Shown: positions 8,112 through 18,836 of the stretch, piece by piece
Layout of the letters: each line of letters opens with the position of its first letter
Numbering within the stretch: the first letter of the stretch is position 1
Assembly (NCBI GenBank): GCA_043811375.1
Contig: JBDRNJ010000007.1
Coordinates: 1-30,785 of the forward strand
DNA length: 30,785 bases
Source of the DNA: a bacterium
Lineage (GTDB): Bacteria > Zixibacteria > MSB-5A5 > GN15 > FEB-12
Reading direction: 5' to 3'
Program-made: the position numbers and the translations under genes
The notes under the pieces: generated by a model
Seen by the model: only the letters and a program-made list of their open reading frames with translations
What the model was told of the DNA's origin: nothing
The model's database searches: none

Positions 8112-8894
8112 ATGATCACATATTCTGAAAAACATCCGGCAGCGCCACTCTGGCTGGTATTGATATTCGGTTGCCTCTGTGCCTGCTCCGGAGGTGGGCC
8201 GGACAAAGTCGCTGAAATCTATCAGGATTGGGAGACCTTCACTCGCGGCAACATCAAGATCGTCCATCCTGCCGAGCATCCCCTCGAACACAGCTTTGAG
8301 GAGATGGCGGCCGTCTATTCCACCATTATCAACCGTAATTGCCGTTTTTTTGAGATTCCTGTTCCCCGGGAAACACTGGTAGTCCTCTATTACAGCGGCT
8401 ATGGTCAGGGACGGGCCATTACCGGGGAGGAATTCCCTTTTGCCCGCAACGATACCATTCATTTCTGGGTACCGAGTTATTATGGACCGGTCGTGATGCG
8501 ATACCTGCTGCCCAGGTGGCTCGATATCGAGCCGGAATACCGTTTCCTTAAACATGGCTTGATAGCTCTGTTCGATTATTCCGGCCAGGACTACCATGGA
8601 GCAACTCTCGGACGGCTTGAAGACGGTACTTTCATCCCGCTGGACAGTCTCGCAGCCGATACCACCGTGAACAGTGACAAAGAGAGGTACCAATCGGCTG
8701 AAGCGGCATCATTCATCGATTTCTTCTCCTTCCGCTTCGGAATCGAAGGGCTGAATCTCCTGTACCGTTCCCGGGGATCATTTGACCGAACCGCACCGGT
8801 GCTGTTTCAGATGCCGGTCGACAGCCTGCAGACGCTGTGGCTCGATTTTGCCCGCGAACGTGTCCGGGCTGATTCAGCCGCTACCACCGAATAG
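8112..8894 (+). CDS. Hypothetical lipoprotein (possibly a degenerate peptidase MA-like fold)
   Basis: Hydrophobic leader ending LCAC-SGGG. 'FLKHGL' and 'YQSAEAASFIDF' recall MA-family segments, but there is no HEXXH. Confidence 0.65.
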   Translation: MITYSEKHPAAPLWLVLIFGCLCACSGGGPDKVAEIYQDWETFTRGNIKIVHPAEHPLEHSFEEMAAVYSTIINRNCRFFEIPVPRETLVVLYYSGYGQGRAITGEEFPFARNDTIHFWVPSYYGPVVMRYLLPRWLDIEPEYRFLKHGLIALFDYSGQDYHGATLGRLEDGTFIPLDSLAADTTVNSDKERYQSAEAASFIDFFSFRFGIEGLNLLYRSRGSFDRTAPVLFQMPVDSLQTLWLDFARERVRADSAATTE

Positions 8895-8949
8895 GCAGAT
8901 TGCGTTAGAGCTATAGATAAAAAACGAGTCTCCAATCAAGAGGTGCACC

Positions 8950-9714
8950 ATGCCTGATGGAAACTGGAAAACGGCCATAACCGATATCGGTCCGGGGAAA
9001 ATCCGGGTCAGGGGCTACTCCATAACCGACATAATGGAAAAACTCTCCTACGCGGAAGCTGTCTTTCTGATTCTCAAGGGAGAGCTGCCGACCAAAGCCG
9101 AGGCGTCCCTGATGAACGCCGTCCTGGTTGCTTCTATCGACCACGGTGCTTCGCCGCCATCGGTATTAGGCACCAGGACCGTCATATCGGGCGGCAACTC
9201 GCTCAACGCCGCTATCGCCGGGGGAGTGCTGGTAATAGGCGACACCCACGGCGGAGCTATTGAGCAGTCGGCTAAAATTCTGCAGGAGTGGGCGGCCAAA
9301 GGCGACGACACAGCACAGATCGCTTCCGATATTATCGACTGGCTGAAAGAAAACAAAAAGCGTATGCCCGGTTTCGGCCACCGGCTGCACAATGTCGACC
9401 CCCGCACCGGCACCCTGTTTGAAATAGCCAAACGGAACGGCTACAGAGGCAAACATATTGAGTTGTGCCAGGCGCTCGAAACCGCCCTGGCGGAAAAACT
9501 GGGTCGCAAGTTGCCGATCAACGTCGACGGCGCTATAGCGGCTGTGATTTCCGATATGGGTTTTGACTGGCGGTTGGGCAAGGGGTTCTTTATCATCTCG
9601 CGAGTGCCCGGCCTGCTGGCCCACGCCTACGAGGAGATGACGCGCGAGCGCCCGATGCGCAAACTCGGCCCGCTTCCATTCGAGTATGACGGACCGGGGG
9701 AGAGGGAGCTTTAA
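8950..9714 (+). CDS. Citryl-CoA lyase / short citrate synthase-family protein
   Basis: WKTAITDI..IRVRGY, DHG..PS, HGGAIEQ, PGFGHRLH..DPR, INVDGAIA, SRVPGLLAHAYEE; 254 aa; SD GAGGTG. Confidence 0.88.
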   Translation: MPDGNWKTAITDIGPGKIRVRGYSITDIMEKLSYAEAVFLILKGELPTKAEASLMNAVLVASIDHGASPPSVLGTRTVISGGNSLNAAIAGGVLVIGDTHGGAIEQSAKILQEWAAKGDDTAQIASDIIDWLKENKKRMPGFGHRLHNVDPRTGTLFEIAKRNGYRGKHIELCQALETALAEKLGRKLPINVDGAIAAVISDMGFDWRLGKGFFIISRVPGLLAHAYEEMTRERPMRKLGPLPFEYDGPGEREL

Positions 9715-9740
9715 GAGATGACGTGAACGGAGAAGTATCT

Positions 9741-11624
9741 ATGATAGAGCCAACAGACGAGCAATTGGAGATTTACAGACATGATCCGAACAAACACGCT
9801 TGTATCATAGCTGGACCTGGAACTGGTAAGAGCACCACATTGATAGAATACGTTGGAAGACTCCACAAGCAATTTCCGGGGAAAGTGATAAGATTACTCA
9901 CGTTCACCAGAGCCGCCAATGGTGAATTGATAGATAAGAAATCAGAGACTGGGCAAGACTGGATTGTATCCAGTACAGTTCATTCTTTTGCTATTACAAC
10001 AATATTGGCTAACCCGGGTGCAACTTCTTTACCGGCTCCGCTACGGATTGCTGACGATTGGGAATTGAAAGAACTTATTAGACGTGATTTGGCAAGGCGA
10101 CTGAGTGTAAATGTCAAACAGGTTAAAAAGTTGGAAGACAAGATGGGGGCCGAGTGGGAATCCCTATCATCCGAGATAGACTGGGTCGACCTCACGCCAA
10201 TGAGAGCAAGATTCATGGGTATGTGGGAAGAACACCGTCGTGTGTTTGGTTATACCATTCTTGCTGAACTTCCTTTTAGATTAAGGATTGCTTTGGAAGG
10301 CAATCCAGGCTTAAACATATACGATCTCAGTCTCATAGCTGTTGACGAATTTCAAGATTTGAACGAGTGCGACCTTGCTTGCATACATTTATTAGGTCAA
10401 TATGGTGTCAAAGTTCTTGCTGTCGGTGATCCTGATCAGTCTATTTTCAAGTTTCGAGGAGCGAATCCACAGGGTATTTTGAACTTCGTTAGCGATTATG
10501 AGTCAAGAAGTTATCCCCTTACTACAAGTCACAGGTGTGGTAGAAAAATCCTGCAATGGGCGAATTTCGTTATATGTGGTGATACTACTCGTAAGGTGAA
10601 ATCATCCCTACGTGCAGGTGAGAAGAGTCCTGTTGGCCTCGTCAAGTATCTTGTATTTAACAGAGAAGAAAGTGAAGCGCGTGGTGCGGTAAGGCTGGTC
10701 AAATGGCTGAAAGAGAAGCAGGAAGTGCCTTTGGAAGAAATTCTCATATTGGTCAGAACTAATATGATCTCTAATTACATCAAGAAGAAGTTTGAAATAT
10801 CAGATATACCGCTTTCCGATCCCTATGACGCTTTTCAAAAGTTACATAGTAACGATACCAGAATGCTGTTAGCTACTCTCAGACTTAGTGTAAATCGTTC
10901 TGATTCCTTAGCATGGTGGACTATCTTCCGACTGAAAAAGGGTCTCGAAAAGAAGGCTCTTGAGTGCTTGCACAGGTTAGCTTTGGAGAATCAACGTCAG
11001 TTCGGTGTAGAAGTGGTGTCACATGCAGAAAATGAATTTAGTTCACTTGAAACAGTTGGAAGTAAACTCGCTAATAGTGTTCAGGAAACGCTATCACTTG
11101 TTAATAACATAACAGTACCGGATAGCGCTAAATGGGGTGATTGGATTATGCAACTGATAGAAAATGAGAAATTACCGAACCCTGATGCTGGATTTAGTGA
11201 AATACTTGAAAAGATAGACGATTGGCCAAGTGTATCTCAAGATATATCTCTTGAGCAATACCTGAACCAAATAGAGCCTTTGACTAAAGACATAATGAAT
11301 TCAAAAACTGCAGGTCGTGTGCGAATAATGACATTAACACGCTCAAAAGGTCTAACTGCTCGTGCTACTATTATAGTGGCAGCTGAAAAAGGGATCATGC
11401 CTTTTCCCAAGGGAGACCCTCAGGAAGAGCGCAGGCTTTTATACGTGGGTATGACTCGTGCACGTGAATATTCGTTTATTACACGAGCACGTAGGCGTAT
11501 TGGTCAAACGGCTCGTTCAGGAGAAACAAATGTGGCTGAGCTTAGAGAGCAGTGCCCTTTCCTCGATGGTGGACCTGTAAGCCAGTGCGACGGAGATCAG
11601 TACTTAGCCTCTTTGGGTGTGTGA
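9741..11624 (+). CDS. UvrD/Rep/PcrA-family SF1A helicase, AT-rich
   Basis: Motifs AGPGTGKS, LLTFTRAA, VDEFQD, VGDPDQSIFKFRGA, SKGL, EERRLLYVGMTRARE. ATG at 9741 with SD GGAG. Confidence 0.9.
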   Translation: MIEPTDEQLEIYRHDPNKHACIIAGPGTGKSTTLIEYVGRLHKQFPGKVIRLLTFTRAANGELIDKKSETGQDWIVSSTVHSFAITTILANPGATSLPAPLRIADDWELKELIRRDLARRLSVNVKQVKKLEDKMGAEWESLSSEIDWVDLTPMRARFMGMWEEHRRVFGYTILAELPFRLRIALEGNPGLNIYDLSLIAVDEFQDLNECDLACIHLLGQYGVKVLAVGDPDQSIFKFRGANPQGILNFVSDYESRSYPLTTSHRCGRKILQWANFVICGDTTRKVKSSLRAGEKSPVGLVKYLVFNREESEARGAVRLVKWLKEKQEVPLEEILILVRTNMISNYIKKKFEISDIPLSDPYDAFQKLHSNDTRMLLATLRLSVNRSDSLAWWTIFRLKKGLEKKALECLHRLALENQRQFGVEVVSHAENEFSSLETVGSKLANSVQETLSLVNNITVPDSAKWGDWIMQLIENEKLPNPDAGFSEILEKIDDWPSVSQDISLEQYLNQIEPLTKDIMNSKTAGRVRIMTLTRSKGLTARATIIVAAEKGIMPFPKGDPQEERRLLYVGMTRAREYSFITRARRRIGQTARSGETNVAELREQCPFLDGGPVSQCDGDQYLASLGV

Positions 11625-11757
11625 GTTTCAGTGGGGCAGGTACCCTGTGCACCTGTCTCTCTATCCTATCAAGACCGTTACCGGAGGGGTTTTACTACCC
11701 CCCCCGCCCCAATTTAACCTTGTCCCTCGGCTGTCGCTGTCGTAATTATGGCTCATT

Positions 11758-13335
11758 ATGATCCGTTACATTAAGGCACACCCGCTGGCGGCGGTGGTGG
11801 CGGCCGCCATCCTTCTGCGTCTGCTGGCCGCAATTTTCTCCAAAGGATTCATGGCCTCCGATGACCACTTCGAGACGGTCCATATCGCCTATCGCTGGCT
11901 GCAGGACGGACTGTTCGGCGCCGATGGACTGGTGCATTGGAAAGGGAGGGCGGCCGAAACATTCCCACGCTTCCCCCTATACACGGTGGCCCTGTTCTTC
12001 AACATGAAGCTGGTACATGCTCTTGGTTATGAGACCCTGAACGACATCATGTACGGCGTGCGACTGGTTCACGCTCTGTTTTCCCTGATCGGTATCTGGG
12101 CCGTTTACCGCATTATCGAAATGGTAGCCGGTTCGCGAAAATGGGCGGCTGTCGGCGGATTGTTCATGGCGGTACATTTCGTCATGCCCTATCTGTCGGT
12201 GCGCAATTCAATTGAAATGGTGGCCGGCATCTTCTGGGTAGTAATGCTCTACTGCTTCTACCGTTATCGGCAGCAGCCACATGTAAGCTGGCTGGCGGCA
12301 GCCGGACTGTTCACCGGTCTGGCCTGGATGATTCGCTTTCAACTGATTGCCGCCTTTCCGATCATACCGCTGGTGCTGTGGTACGAGTATCGCCGTCTAC
12401 GACCGGCTGTGGGCTATGGTGTGGCGCTGCTGGCTACGATTCTGCTGGCCGGACTGGCTGACTGGTGGCTGATGGGCACCTTCATGGGGTCCACTATCAA
12501 TCATATTGTCCAGAACGTGAAGACCGGCCCGGTGTACGATTCTTCGTTTCTCCTCCACTTTGGCGTCATCCTGGTTTACTTCATCCCCCCGTTTTCAGTG
12601 GTGGGTTTCTATTTGGCTTGCCGTCGACGTTTTTTCGGGCGGCACCTGGTGCTGACGGTCAGCACCCTCGCTTTTGTGCTGGTGCACACTATGCTTAACA
12701 ACCGGCAGGAGCGATTTATGATATCGATGCTGCCGGCGCTGGGGGTCATTCTGGTGCTGGCTCTGCAGCAACACTTTGCCGAGGAAGGGTTCCTCTCTCG
12801 AATGAAGAAGTTCCGTTACGCTTTGTTCGGTTCTGCTGTTGCGATCAACCTGGTTTTGCTCTTTCCGTTCACCCTTCATTACGGACACCGGGGACTGGTG
12901 GAGCCACTGGTGAGAATCGAGTGCCTGTCGATCATCACCCCCAACGTGCTGTTTTTCAGCCCTGATTGTTACCGTAATGTTCCCTATTATTATGGCGGCT
13001 TTCAACCAATTGGACGATCGTATTGCTATAGCTGGCAGGATTTGGATAAAGTATTGCCGGAGGATTCGGACCATCTCTTTGATTACTTCTTATTATATCC
13101 AACGGCGACCGCAGATCTGTCACTATACGAGGATTCATTGACTCACCGGGTGGGACCGATTGAGATGGTGCTCCATATAGAGCCTTCGTTAATAGATCAT
13201 ATCCTACACCGGCTCAATCCAAGACACAATCCGTCCTGGGAAGCCTGGGTTTACCGACCTGCGCCGGAGCGTTCCGGAACGCCCGATCATATCTCCGGGC
13301 CGACGGCGTCCGTCGGGAAGCAACCGGAGGGATAA
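11758..13335 (+). CDS. GT-C membrane glycosyltransferase (Alg9/PIG-B-like or GT39-like)
   Basis: Acidic 'SDDHFE' loop after TM1, many TM helices, 'RQERF' motif. Confidence 0.72.
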   Translation: MIRYIKAHPLAAVVAAAILLRLLAAIFSKGFMASDDHFETVHIAYRWLQDGLFGADGLVHWKGRAAETFPRFPLYTVALFFNMKLVHALGYETLNDIMYGVRLVHALFSLIGIWAVYRIIEMVAGSRKWAAVGGLFMAVHFVMPYLSVRNSIEMVAGIFWVVMLYCFYRYRQQPHVSWLAAAGLFTGLAWMIRFQLIAAFPIIPLVLWYEYRRLRPAVGYGVALLATILLAGLADWWLMGTFMGSTINHIVQNVKTGPVYDSSFLLHFGVILVYFIPPFSVVGFYLACRRRFFGRHLVLTVSTLAFVLVHTMLNNRQERFMISMLPALGVILVLALQQHFAEEGFLSRMKKFRYALFGSAVAINLVLLFPFTLHYGHRGLVEPLVRIECLSIITPNVLFFSPDCYRNVPYYYGGFQPIGRSYCYSWQDLDKVLPEDSDHLFDYFLLYPTATADLSLYEDSLTHRVGPIEMVLHIEPSLIDHILHRLNPRHNPSWEAWVYRPAPERSGTPDHISGPTASVGKQPEG

Positions 13336-13364
13336 GCTTTAGAGGACTGCCGGGAGAATCCACT

Positions 13365-14132
13365 ATGTCGACCGTTTATAACAACCCGCTCTATTATGAG
13401 ATAGCCTTCTCATTCAGAGATATTCCTGCCGAGACTGCTCTGTTCGAGGAATGCTTTCAACGTTTCTCGAAAATACCGGTGCGGTCGGTATTTGAACTGG
13501 GCTGTGGTAACTGCCCCCACCTGGAAGAATTGACCCGGTGCGGTTACCATTACACCGGGCTTGATCGAAGCCGCACTATGCTTGACTACTGTCGGGAAAA
13601 AGCTGCTCGGATCGGCGTCGACATAAACCTGGTCGAGGCCGACATGACTGATTTTACTCTGTCAGAGGCCGTTGATTTTGCATACATCATGTTGGGTTCG
13701 TTAGCTACCGGCAGCACAGCGCAACTGGTAAGTCACTTCGATTCCGTAGCGAGCGCACTCAATCGAGGCGGTTTGTACCTGCTGGACTGGTGCATCCAGT
13801 ATGAACCGCTGCAGGAAGCTGAAGGCGGTTCCAGTTGGAAGATGGAACGGGACGGTATCAGTGTGAAAACTACCGTTACCTGGGAACCGGTCAACCGGGT
13901 AGAGCAGGTTTTTGACGAAAGGATTATACTCGAAGTCAACGACCACGGCCGGCTGCATCGCATCGAGGATACTGAGATCAAGAGAGCCATCTATCCGCAG
14001 GAGTTTATCTTTTTTATTTCCGGTCGCAGCGATTTCGAGTTTGTTGGCTGGTTCAACAACTGGGACCTAAGTAAGCCCCTGGGACCGGAGATGAAAATCA
14101 GTCGCCCGATAACGATTGTACGTCGTACCTGA
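13365..14132 (+). CDS. Class I SAM-dependent methyltransferase
   Basis: ELGCGNC (motif I), TGLDRSRTML, EADMTDF, LNRGGLYLLD. Confidence 0.9.
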   Translation: MSTVYNNPLYYEIAFSFRDIPAETALFEECFQRFSKIPVRSVFELGCGNCPHLEELTRCGYHYTGLDRSRTMLDYCREKAARIGVDINLVEADMTDFTLSEAVDFAYIMLGSLATGSTAQLVSHFDSVASALNRGGLYLLDWCIQYEPLQEAEGGSSWKMERDGISVKTTVTWEPVNRVEQVFDERIILEVNDHGRLHRIEDTEIKRAIYPQEFIFFISGRSDFEFVGWFNNWDLSKPLGPEMKISRPITIVRRT

Positions 14133-14151
14133 AAACTGGAGAGGCCGGACT

Positions 14152-15861
14152 TTGCCGCTTATCACAGAAGAATCATCTCCGGGAAGACTGCGCTGGGTAG
14201 TCATTGGTTGTCTGATCCTGGTGACGGCAGTTTATGTCGGTCAGGCCTGGTATTACCGGCATTACGTTAACGACGACGCCTACATTACATTTCGGTACAG
14301 CCGTCTTCTGGCAATGGGCGATGGGCCGTATTTCAACCCCGGGGAACATGTAGAGGGATACACCAGCCTGCTGCAAATGCTGCTGCTGACGCCCGTGATA
14401 GGCTGGTTCGGTCCCGACGCGGCCGCCCCCGCAGCCAAAACCATGGGAGTATTATGGGGGTTGGTGGCCATCCTGGCGACCTGGTTCTTGACGAGGGAAT
14501 TGCTGTCAAAGAATGGGGGTATGTCTTCAAAAGCGGAGTTCTGGGCGTTGGGGGCCGCTGCGATAGTTGCTTTCAACGCTGCGTTTGCTCTCAATAGTAC
14601 CAGTGGTCTTGAAACAACGCTCTTCTCTATGTGCCTAATAGTGGCGGTATTGCTTGCTGTCGGAGAAACCCGCACCGGCAGGTGGCACGGTTCGGGAGTA
14701 GTTTTTGCGGGGGCGGTGCTGGCCCGACCTGAGGGTGTATTATTGTTTGCCCTCTTTTGGACGGCACAGATGTTTGTGGGACTCTCTCTCAAGAGAGTAA
14801 TGACGACCTCGACTGTTTCCAACCCCGGTCGACTCCGGCGCCTGTTGTTGATTAACGGCCTGACAGTGGCGGCAGTTCTGACGGCGCAGTTAATCTTCCG
14901 GTACTTCTTCTATGATGGTGAATGGCTGCCCAATACGTACTATGCCAAGGCTGGGGGATTCCTCAGGGAGAACGCCTGGGAATATATCTCAAGGGGGATA
15001 CTGACTTCGTTTTTTGGCCTGGCGGGAATAACCCTCTCGTTGATCGGTTACGCCCTGTTGCGGTCACTGCTCAAGGCTGCCGTACCTCTGGGAGTCATTA
15101 CTTTCGGCGGCATCCTGTTGCCGTTTGTGACCGGTACCGACTGGATGCTCGGCTGGCGTTTTGTAATACCGTATTTGCCGCTGATGTCCTGTTTTGTGGT
15201 GGTTGGTTGGGGATTGGCGGCAACCCGCCTGATGCGCGGCCGGGCCTGGCTGGGTCTGCTGGTGCTGCCGGTCGTTGTAGTGGCGCAATGGTTTATCCAG
15301 ACTGAAGACAGAATCGAGTTTCACCAGCATACCGAGCTTCGGGCAGGTGGTTATGAAACCGGGCACCGGGCACTGGCCGACTGGTTGAGGGGAGATGCGT
15401 GCCGGCCGGGTGAGTCGGTAGCGCTGATGGATATCGGGATTGTCGGCTACCGGTGCATTGAGCAGCGGATCATCGACATCTCAGGACTGACGGATCGCCA
15501 CATCGCCCGCAGCCAAGGTCTGTTTCTGCAAAAGATATACGATCCCATCTATGTGCTCGACCGTGTCCCCGGGCGCGTGGTGCTGACCCTCACCGCTCCC
15601 GGCCAATCGTACCAGCCACCGCCGGCCGGAACTCACTTTCGTTTCTGGACCCCGATTGAAAACCGGATATATCAGCATCCACAGTTTCAGCAACTATACG
15701 TGCACCGTCCGGCCGTTTTGGACGAAGACCTGGCCGGATTGGATCTGCTGGCCGCTCAAGTGGGAGCCGAACGAGTGTTTGAACATGCCTATCCGGGATC
15801 TTACTACCTGCTGGCAGTGTTTGGCCGCGGTCCTGGTGAACATCAAAACCACGGCCAGTGA
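14152..15861 (+). CDS. GT-C membrane glycosyltransferase-like protein (AftB/DDAYI family)
   Basis: NDDAYITFRYS..GEHVEGYTS, SGLET, RPEG, LPNTYYAK, DIGIVGY..DISGLTD. TTG start at 14152 with SD GGAGAGG. Confidence 0.78.
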   Translation: MPLITEESSPGRLRWVVIGCLILVTAVYVGQAWYYRHYVNDDAYITFRYSRLLAMGDGPYFNPGEHVEGYTSLLQMLLLTPVIGWFGPDAAAPAAKTMGVLWGLVAILATWFLTRELLSKNGGMSSKAEFWALGAAAIVAFNAAFALNSTSGLETTLFSMCLIVAVLLAVGETRTGRWHGSGVVFAGAVLARPEGVLLFALFWTAQMFVGLSLKRVMTTSTVSNPGRLRRLLLINGLTVAAVLTAQLIFRYFFYDGEWLPNTYYAKAGGFLRENAWEYISRGILTSFFGLAGITLSLIGYALLRSLLKAAVPLGVITFGGILLPFVTGTDWMLGWRFVIPYLPLMSCFVVVGWGLAATRLMRGRAWLGLLVLPVVVVAQWFIQTEDRIEFHQHTELRAGGYETGHRALADWLRGDACRPGESVALMDIGIVGYRCIEQRIIDISGLTDRHIARSQGLFLQKIYDPIYVLDRVPGRVVLTLTAPGQSYQPPPAGTHFRFWTPIENRIYQHPQFQQLYVHRPAVLDEDLAGLDLLAAQVGAERVFEHAYPGSYYLLAVFGRGPGEHQNHGQ

Positions 15862-15932
15862 GATTTACGCCAACTATTAATGACCGGTGTCCCGGTCGAC
15901 ACTCAATCGTCCCGGATAATCAACGCCGGCTA

Positions 15933-18137
15933 CTAACATGACAGCGGCGGCAGACCGCTCTGGAAGAGGTAAGCTACCAGATACGTCAGGTCGCCAACAT
16001 CGATATTACCGCTTTTGTCAACATCACCTTCTCCCGGGCATGGTGGTGGCGAACCACTTTGAAAAAGGTACGCTACCAGGTAGGTCAAATCGCCGACATC
16101 AATAGGTCCACCCGTACCGACAATTCCGTCGACGTTGCCACGGTTCTCGCAACAACCGGCGGATATGGTACCGATTACCGCCGCTGGCTGGTAGCCACCA
16201 ATATTGCCCTGGAACCAGGGTACGTAGTCCGGCCCAACGTAGCCGGCCACTGACACCGTGTCACAAAGTGAAGTTGGTGCAAACGGCGGAACGTGAAAGT
16301 ACAACTTGACCATGGCTCCCGTCCCGGGCGGTATTTCGGAAGTGGAGCTTTCCAGTTTTATCGTGTAGCGATTGGTGCCCGGATCGAAGTGCAGATAAAT
16401 CTGGGTTTCAAAACTCTCTGAGCGGCAACCGGCGGTAGAGAAGGAGTCATAAGTGGCGTTGAGACTGCCGAAATACTTGAAGGGGATAAGCAGCTTATCC
16501 AACGGGATTGTATTCCTGCCGTATATAACCATCGCCACCTGGTCGTAAGCATCGGCTCCGGCGTCCTGCGCGATAACCGAGTCGGCGATAGCAGCTATGT
16601 AGCCCACCCGCGTCCGGGAGCGAGTGTCTCCGGTGGTGCTGACCTCCAGGGTTACATCAAACAAACCTTGATCCTGAAAAGTGTGGCTCGGAGACTGCAC
16701 GTTGGCGGAATCTCCATCTCCAAAACTCCAGTTCCAGGAGACAACATCAAGTGTTGACCAGCCGGTGAAATCAACATCAAGAGGTAAACAGCCCCAAATC
16801 GTATCGGCCTTAAAATCGACTCCCCGCTGACTGTAACCTTTGATGCAGAAATTAGCGGTGTTGTCCAGATCATACAGGTCCATCCAGGTCGAGCCGTCGA
16901 GATAGTAGCTCTGCCCGGGAGCTGAAGCCGATACCACCGTCGCGCGATAACGTGACCCCAGCAAAACCGGCACTTCGGAGGTGCGATCATAGGCATGTCC
17001 GCCTGACGAAAGCTGTACGTAGATGTAGATATAATCGCCGCCGACAAGCATCAGCGGTGTGTCCAGGTCGACCGTGTGCAGTCCCCGGTGTTCGATAGTG
17101 CCTGATTTGACGGCCAGTTCATCCAGCAGTTCGCCATTCTCGAAGCGGTCGTAAATCCTGACGGTGTAGCTGACGTTCTCGTCGGCGGTGATGAAACTCA
17201 CCGCCTGGAATTCTTCTCGTCCGCTGGAAACAAAAGCATTAAACGCTTCGGAGGTGCCGATCTTGGTGTCGCGCCAGCCGTGGTAGTCATGGTAATAAAT
17301 CTGGTCCCATGTCATCGGTTCCACGTCCTGGAAAGATATGGCGCCCATTTCCGGGTGTTGACAGCAATGCTTGTCGTAATATGATATCCAGAAATAGCCG
17401 GCATCGCCCCATCCCGAGCCCCAACTGTTCTTGCACAGCCAGGCGCCATTATAGGGAGCCTGCGTGATCTTGTTATCATGCCACCCGATGATGGCTACGG
17501 CATGGTTGGGATCGGCCGAGCTGCTGGGCGGTTGATAGTGTATGTTGCCCCACCAGAATCCGCCGGCACACATACAGGTGCCGACCGCGCCGTTTGTCAT
17601 GATCTGTTCCTTGATGGCGTTAATGTTGGTCAGACCGGTCCCGGCCACGAACCACTCAACATTTCGCGGATAGTAGTAATGATAGCTGGTGTCGCTACGT
17701 TCCGGAGGATCGCTGTAGGACTGGCCGTCAATATCTCTAACCGCACCCTCTCCGCGCGATAGATATGCCGACGTCACCAGGTAATCGCCACCCTCATGTA
17801 CTACCAAACCGCCGCCTTCAGGTGGGTTGCGATCGTCGTTGTTGTGCTGGTTAAATCCGTTCCACCAGTCGAGGTGGTACTCGGCCAGGTTGGGCTCACC
17901 GCTCTCACCGGCGGTTGCCCAGTCACCGGTCATCAAGAGGTTGCTTTCCATGGCAGCCATGGCTCCGAAAGTCCAGCAGGTTCCTCCCTGCTGGTTTTTG
18001 ACTGAAGTTACGTAGTTGCTGCCGCCGACATCGCGCAGATCATAACTGGTCGGCGGGTCAGCCGGGGAAACACCGGCCGGGACACCCATGAGTATTGCCG
18101 GCACGATTGTAAAAACGATCAGCCTTGTCTTTGTCAT
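15933..18137 (-). CDS. Secreted papain-family (C1) cysteine peptidase with lectin-like, PKD, cohesin-like and dockerin-like domains
   Basis: Signal peptide; KNQQGGTCW (Gln, Cys), NHAVAIIGW (His), KNSWG (Asn); PKD 'SWNWSFGDG'; C-terminal [20 protein letters not shown] twice. Confidence 0.9.
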   Translation of the reverse strand: MTKTRLIVFTIVPAILMGVPAGVSPADPPTSYDLRDVGGSNYVTSVKNQQGGTCWTFGAMAAMESNLLMTGDWATAGESGEPNLAEYHLDWWNGFNQHNNDDRNPPEGGGLVVHEGGDYLVTSAYLSRGEGAVRDIDGQSYSDPPERSDTSYHYYYPRNVEWFVAGTGLTNINAIKEQIMTNGAVGTCMCAGGFWWGNIHYQPPSSSADPNHAVAIIGWHDNKITQAPYNGAWLCKNSWGSGWGDAGYFWISYYDKHCCQHPEMGAISFQDVEPMTWDQIYYHDYHGWRDTKIGTSEAFNAFVSSGREEFQAVSFITADENVSYTVRIYDRFENGELLDELAVKSGTIEHRGLHTVDLDTPLMLVGGDYIYIYVQLSSGGHAYDRTSEVPVLLGSRYRATVVSASAPGQSYYLDGSTWMDLYDLDNTANFCIKGYSQRGVDFKADTIWGCLPLDVDFTGWSTLDVVSWNWSFGDGDSANVQSPSHTFQDQGLFDVTLEVSTTGDTRSRTRVGYIAAIADSVIAQDAGADAYDQVAMVIYGRNTIPLDKLLIPFKYFGSLNATYDSFSTAGCRSESFETQIYLHFDPGTNRYTIKLESSTSEIPPGTGAMVKLYFHVPPFAPTSLCDTVSVAGYVGPDYVPWFQGNIGGYQPAAVIGTISAGCCENRGNVDGIVGTGGPIDVGDLTYLVAYLFQSGSPPPCPGEGDVDKSGNIDVGDLTYLVAYLFQSGLPPLSC

Positions 18138-18225
18138 AACATCTCCGAATTGAAAGTTTCATCGCAGTTCATAACGTTCAGGCGAGAACCTTTCGGCCCG
18201 TGGCGGCCTTCGCCGGTATCTTCAT

Positions 18226-18257
18226 CGACAATATACTATATTGTCGGCTATCGTCAA
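18226..18257 (-). promoter_or_regulatory. Candidate promoter with a perfect palindromic operator upstream of the C1 peptidase
   Basis: TTGACG (18257-18252), 16 nt, TATATT. Palindrome CGACAATATA-C-TATATTGTCG at 18226-18246. Confidence 0.5.
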
Positions 18258-18380
18258 GTAATGAAGTGTCTCGCCGCGCGGCGTTATCGTACGATGGGGT
18301 GTCAGGTCCATCGCAAGCAATGAGAAAATGACGCCCCGGCAGACTGGTTGAAATGGTGCCTGATAATGAGGACCGACCGC

Positions 18381-18827
18381 TCAGCCACCATCGACGCTAT
18401 CCGTTCGCCGAAGCAGCGCTACCGGGCAGTTGATGTCATCTTCAGAAAGGATCGGTTGCCCGAGGTCCCGGTCTTTCCACCAGCCGACAAACTCGAAATC
18501 TTCCCGGGTTTCGAGGAAATTCATAAACTCATCCGGCATCAGGGCCTTGTTGCGCTCGACCGTCTCAAATGTTCGGTGGCGACCGTGATCGTTGACATTT
18601 ACCGTCCAGATTTCTTCGTACATCCGGCGTGCGGAATCGATGAGTTTAATGTCAAATTTCGACTTGATTTCGATGCCTTCGCGTTCAATGGTGTAGGCAT
18701 TGTCGTTCTGGCGCTGAAGGGGATTGGAAGACTGAATGCACCAGTCGAGGAAATAGAGCGCACCGGGGTTGAGAATCCGGGACACCGAATCAAAGTGGCT
18801 GGAGATTTCTTCAAGGTTGTTGAGTAT
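18381..18827 (-). pseudogene. 5'-truncated SAM methyltransferase, paralog of 13365..14132
   Basis: 'SHFDSVSRILNPGALYFLDWCIQ', 'VNDHGR' and 'DFEFVGWW' align with 'SHFDSVASALNRGGLYLLDWCIQ', 'VNDHGR' and 'DFEFVGWF'. The N-terminal SAM-binding half is missing. Confidence 0.82.
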
Positions 18828-18836
18828 CGGAATACT

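Noticed and set aside
9741..11624. Complete Gabija system
   Set aside because: There is no GajA/OLD nuclease next to the helicase.
15882..15897. Short hairpin GACCGG-TGTC-CCGGTC between convergent genes
   Set aside because: The stem is only 6 bp with no U tract, which is too weak to call.
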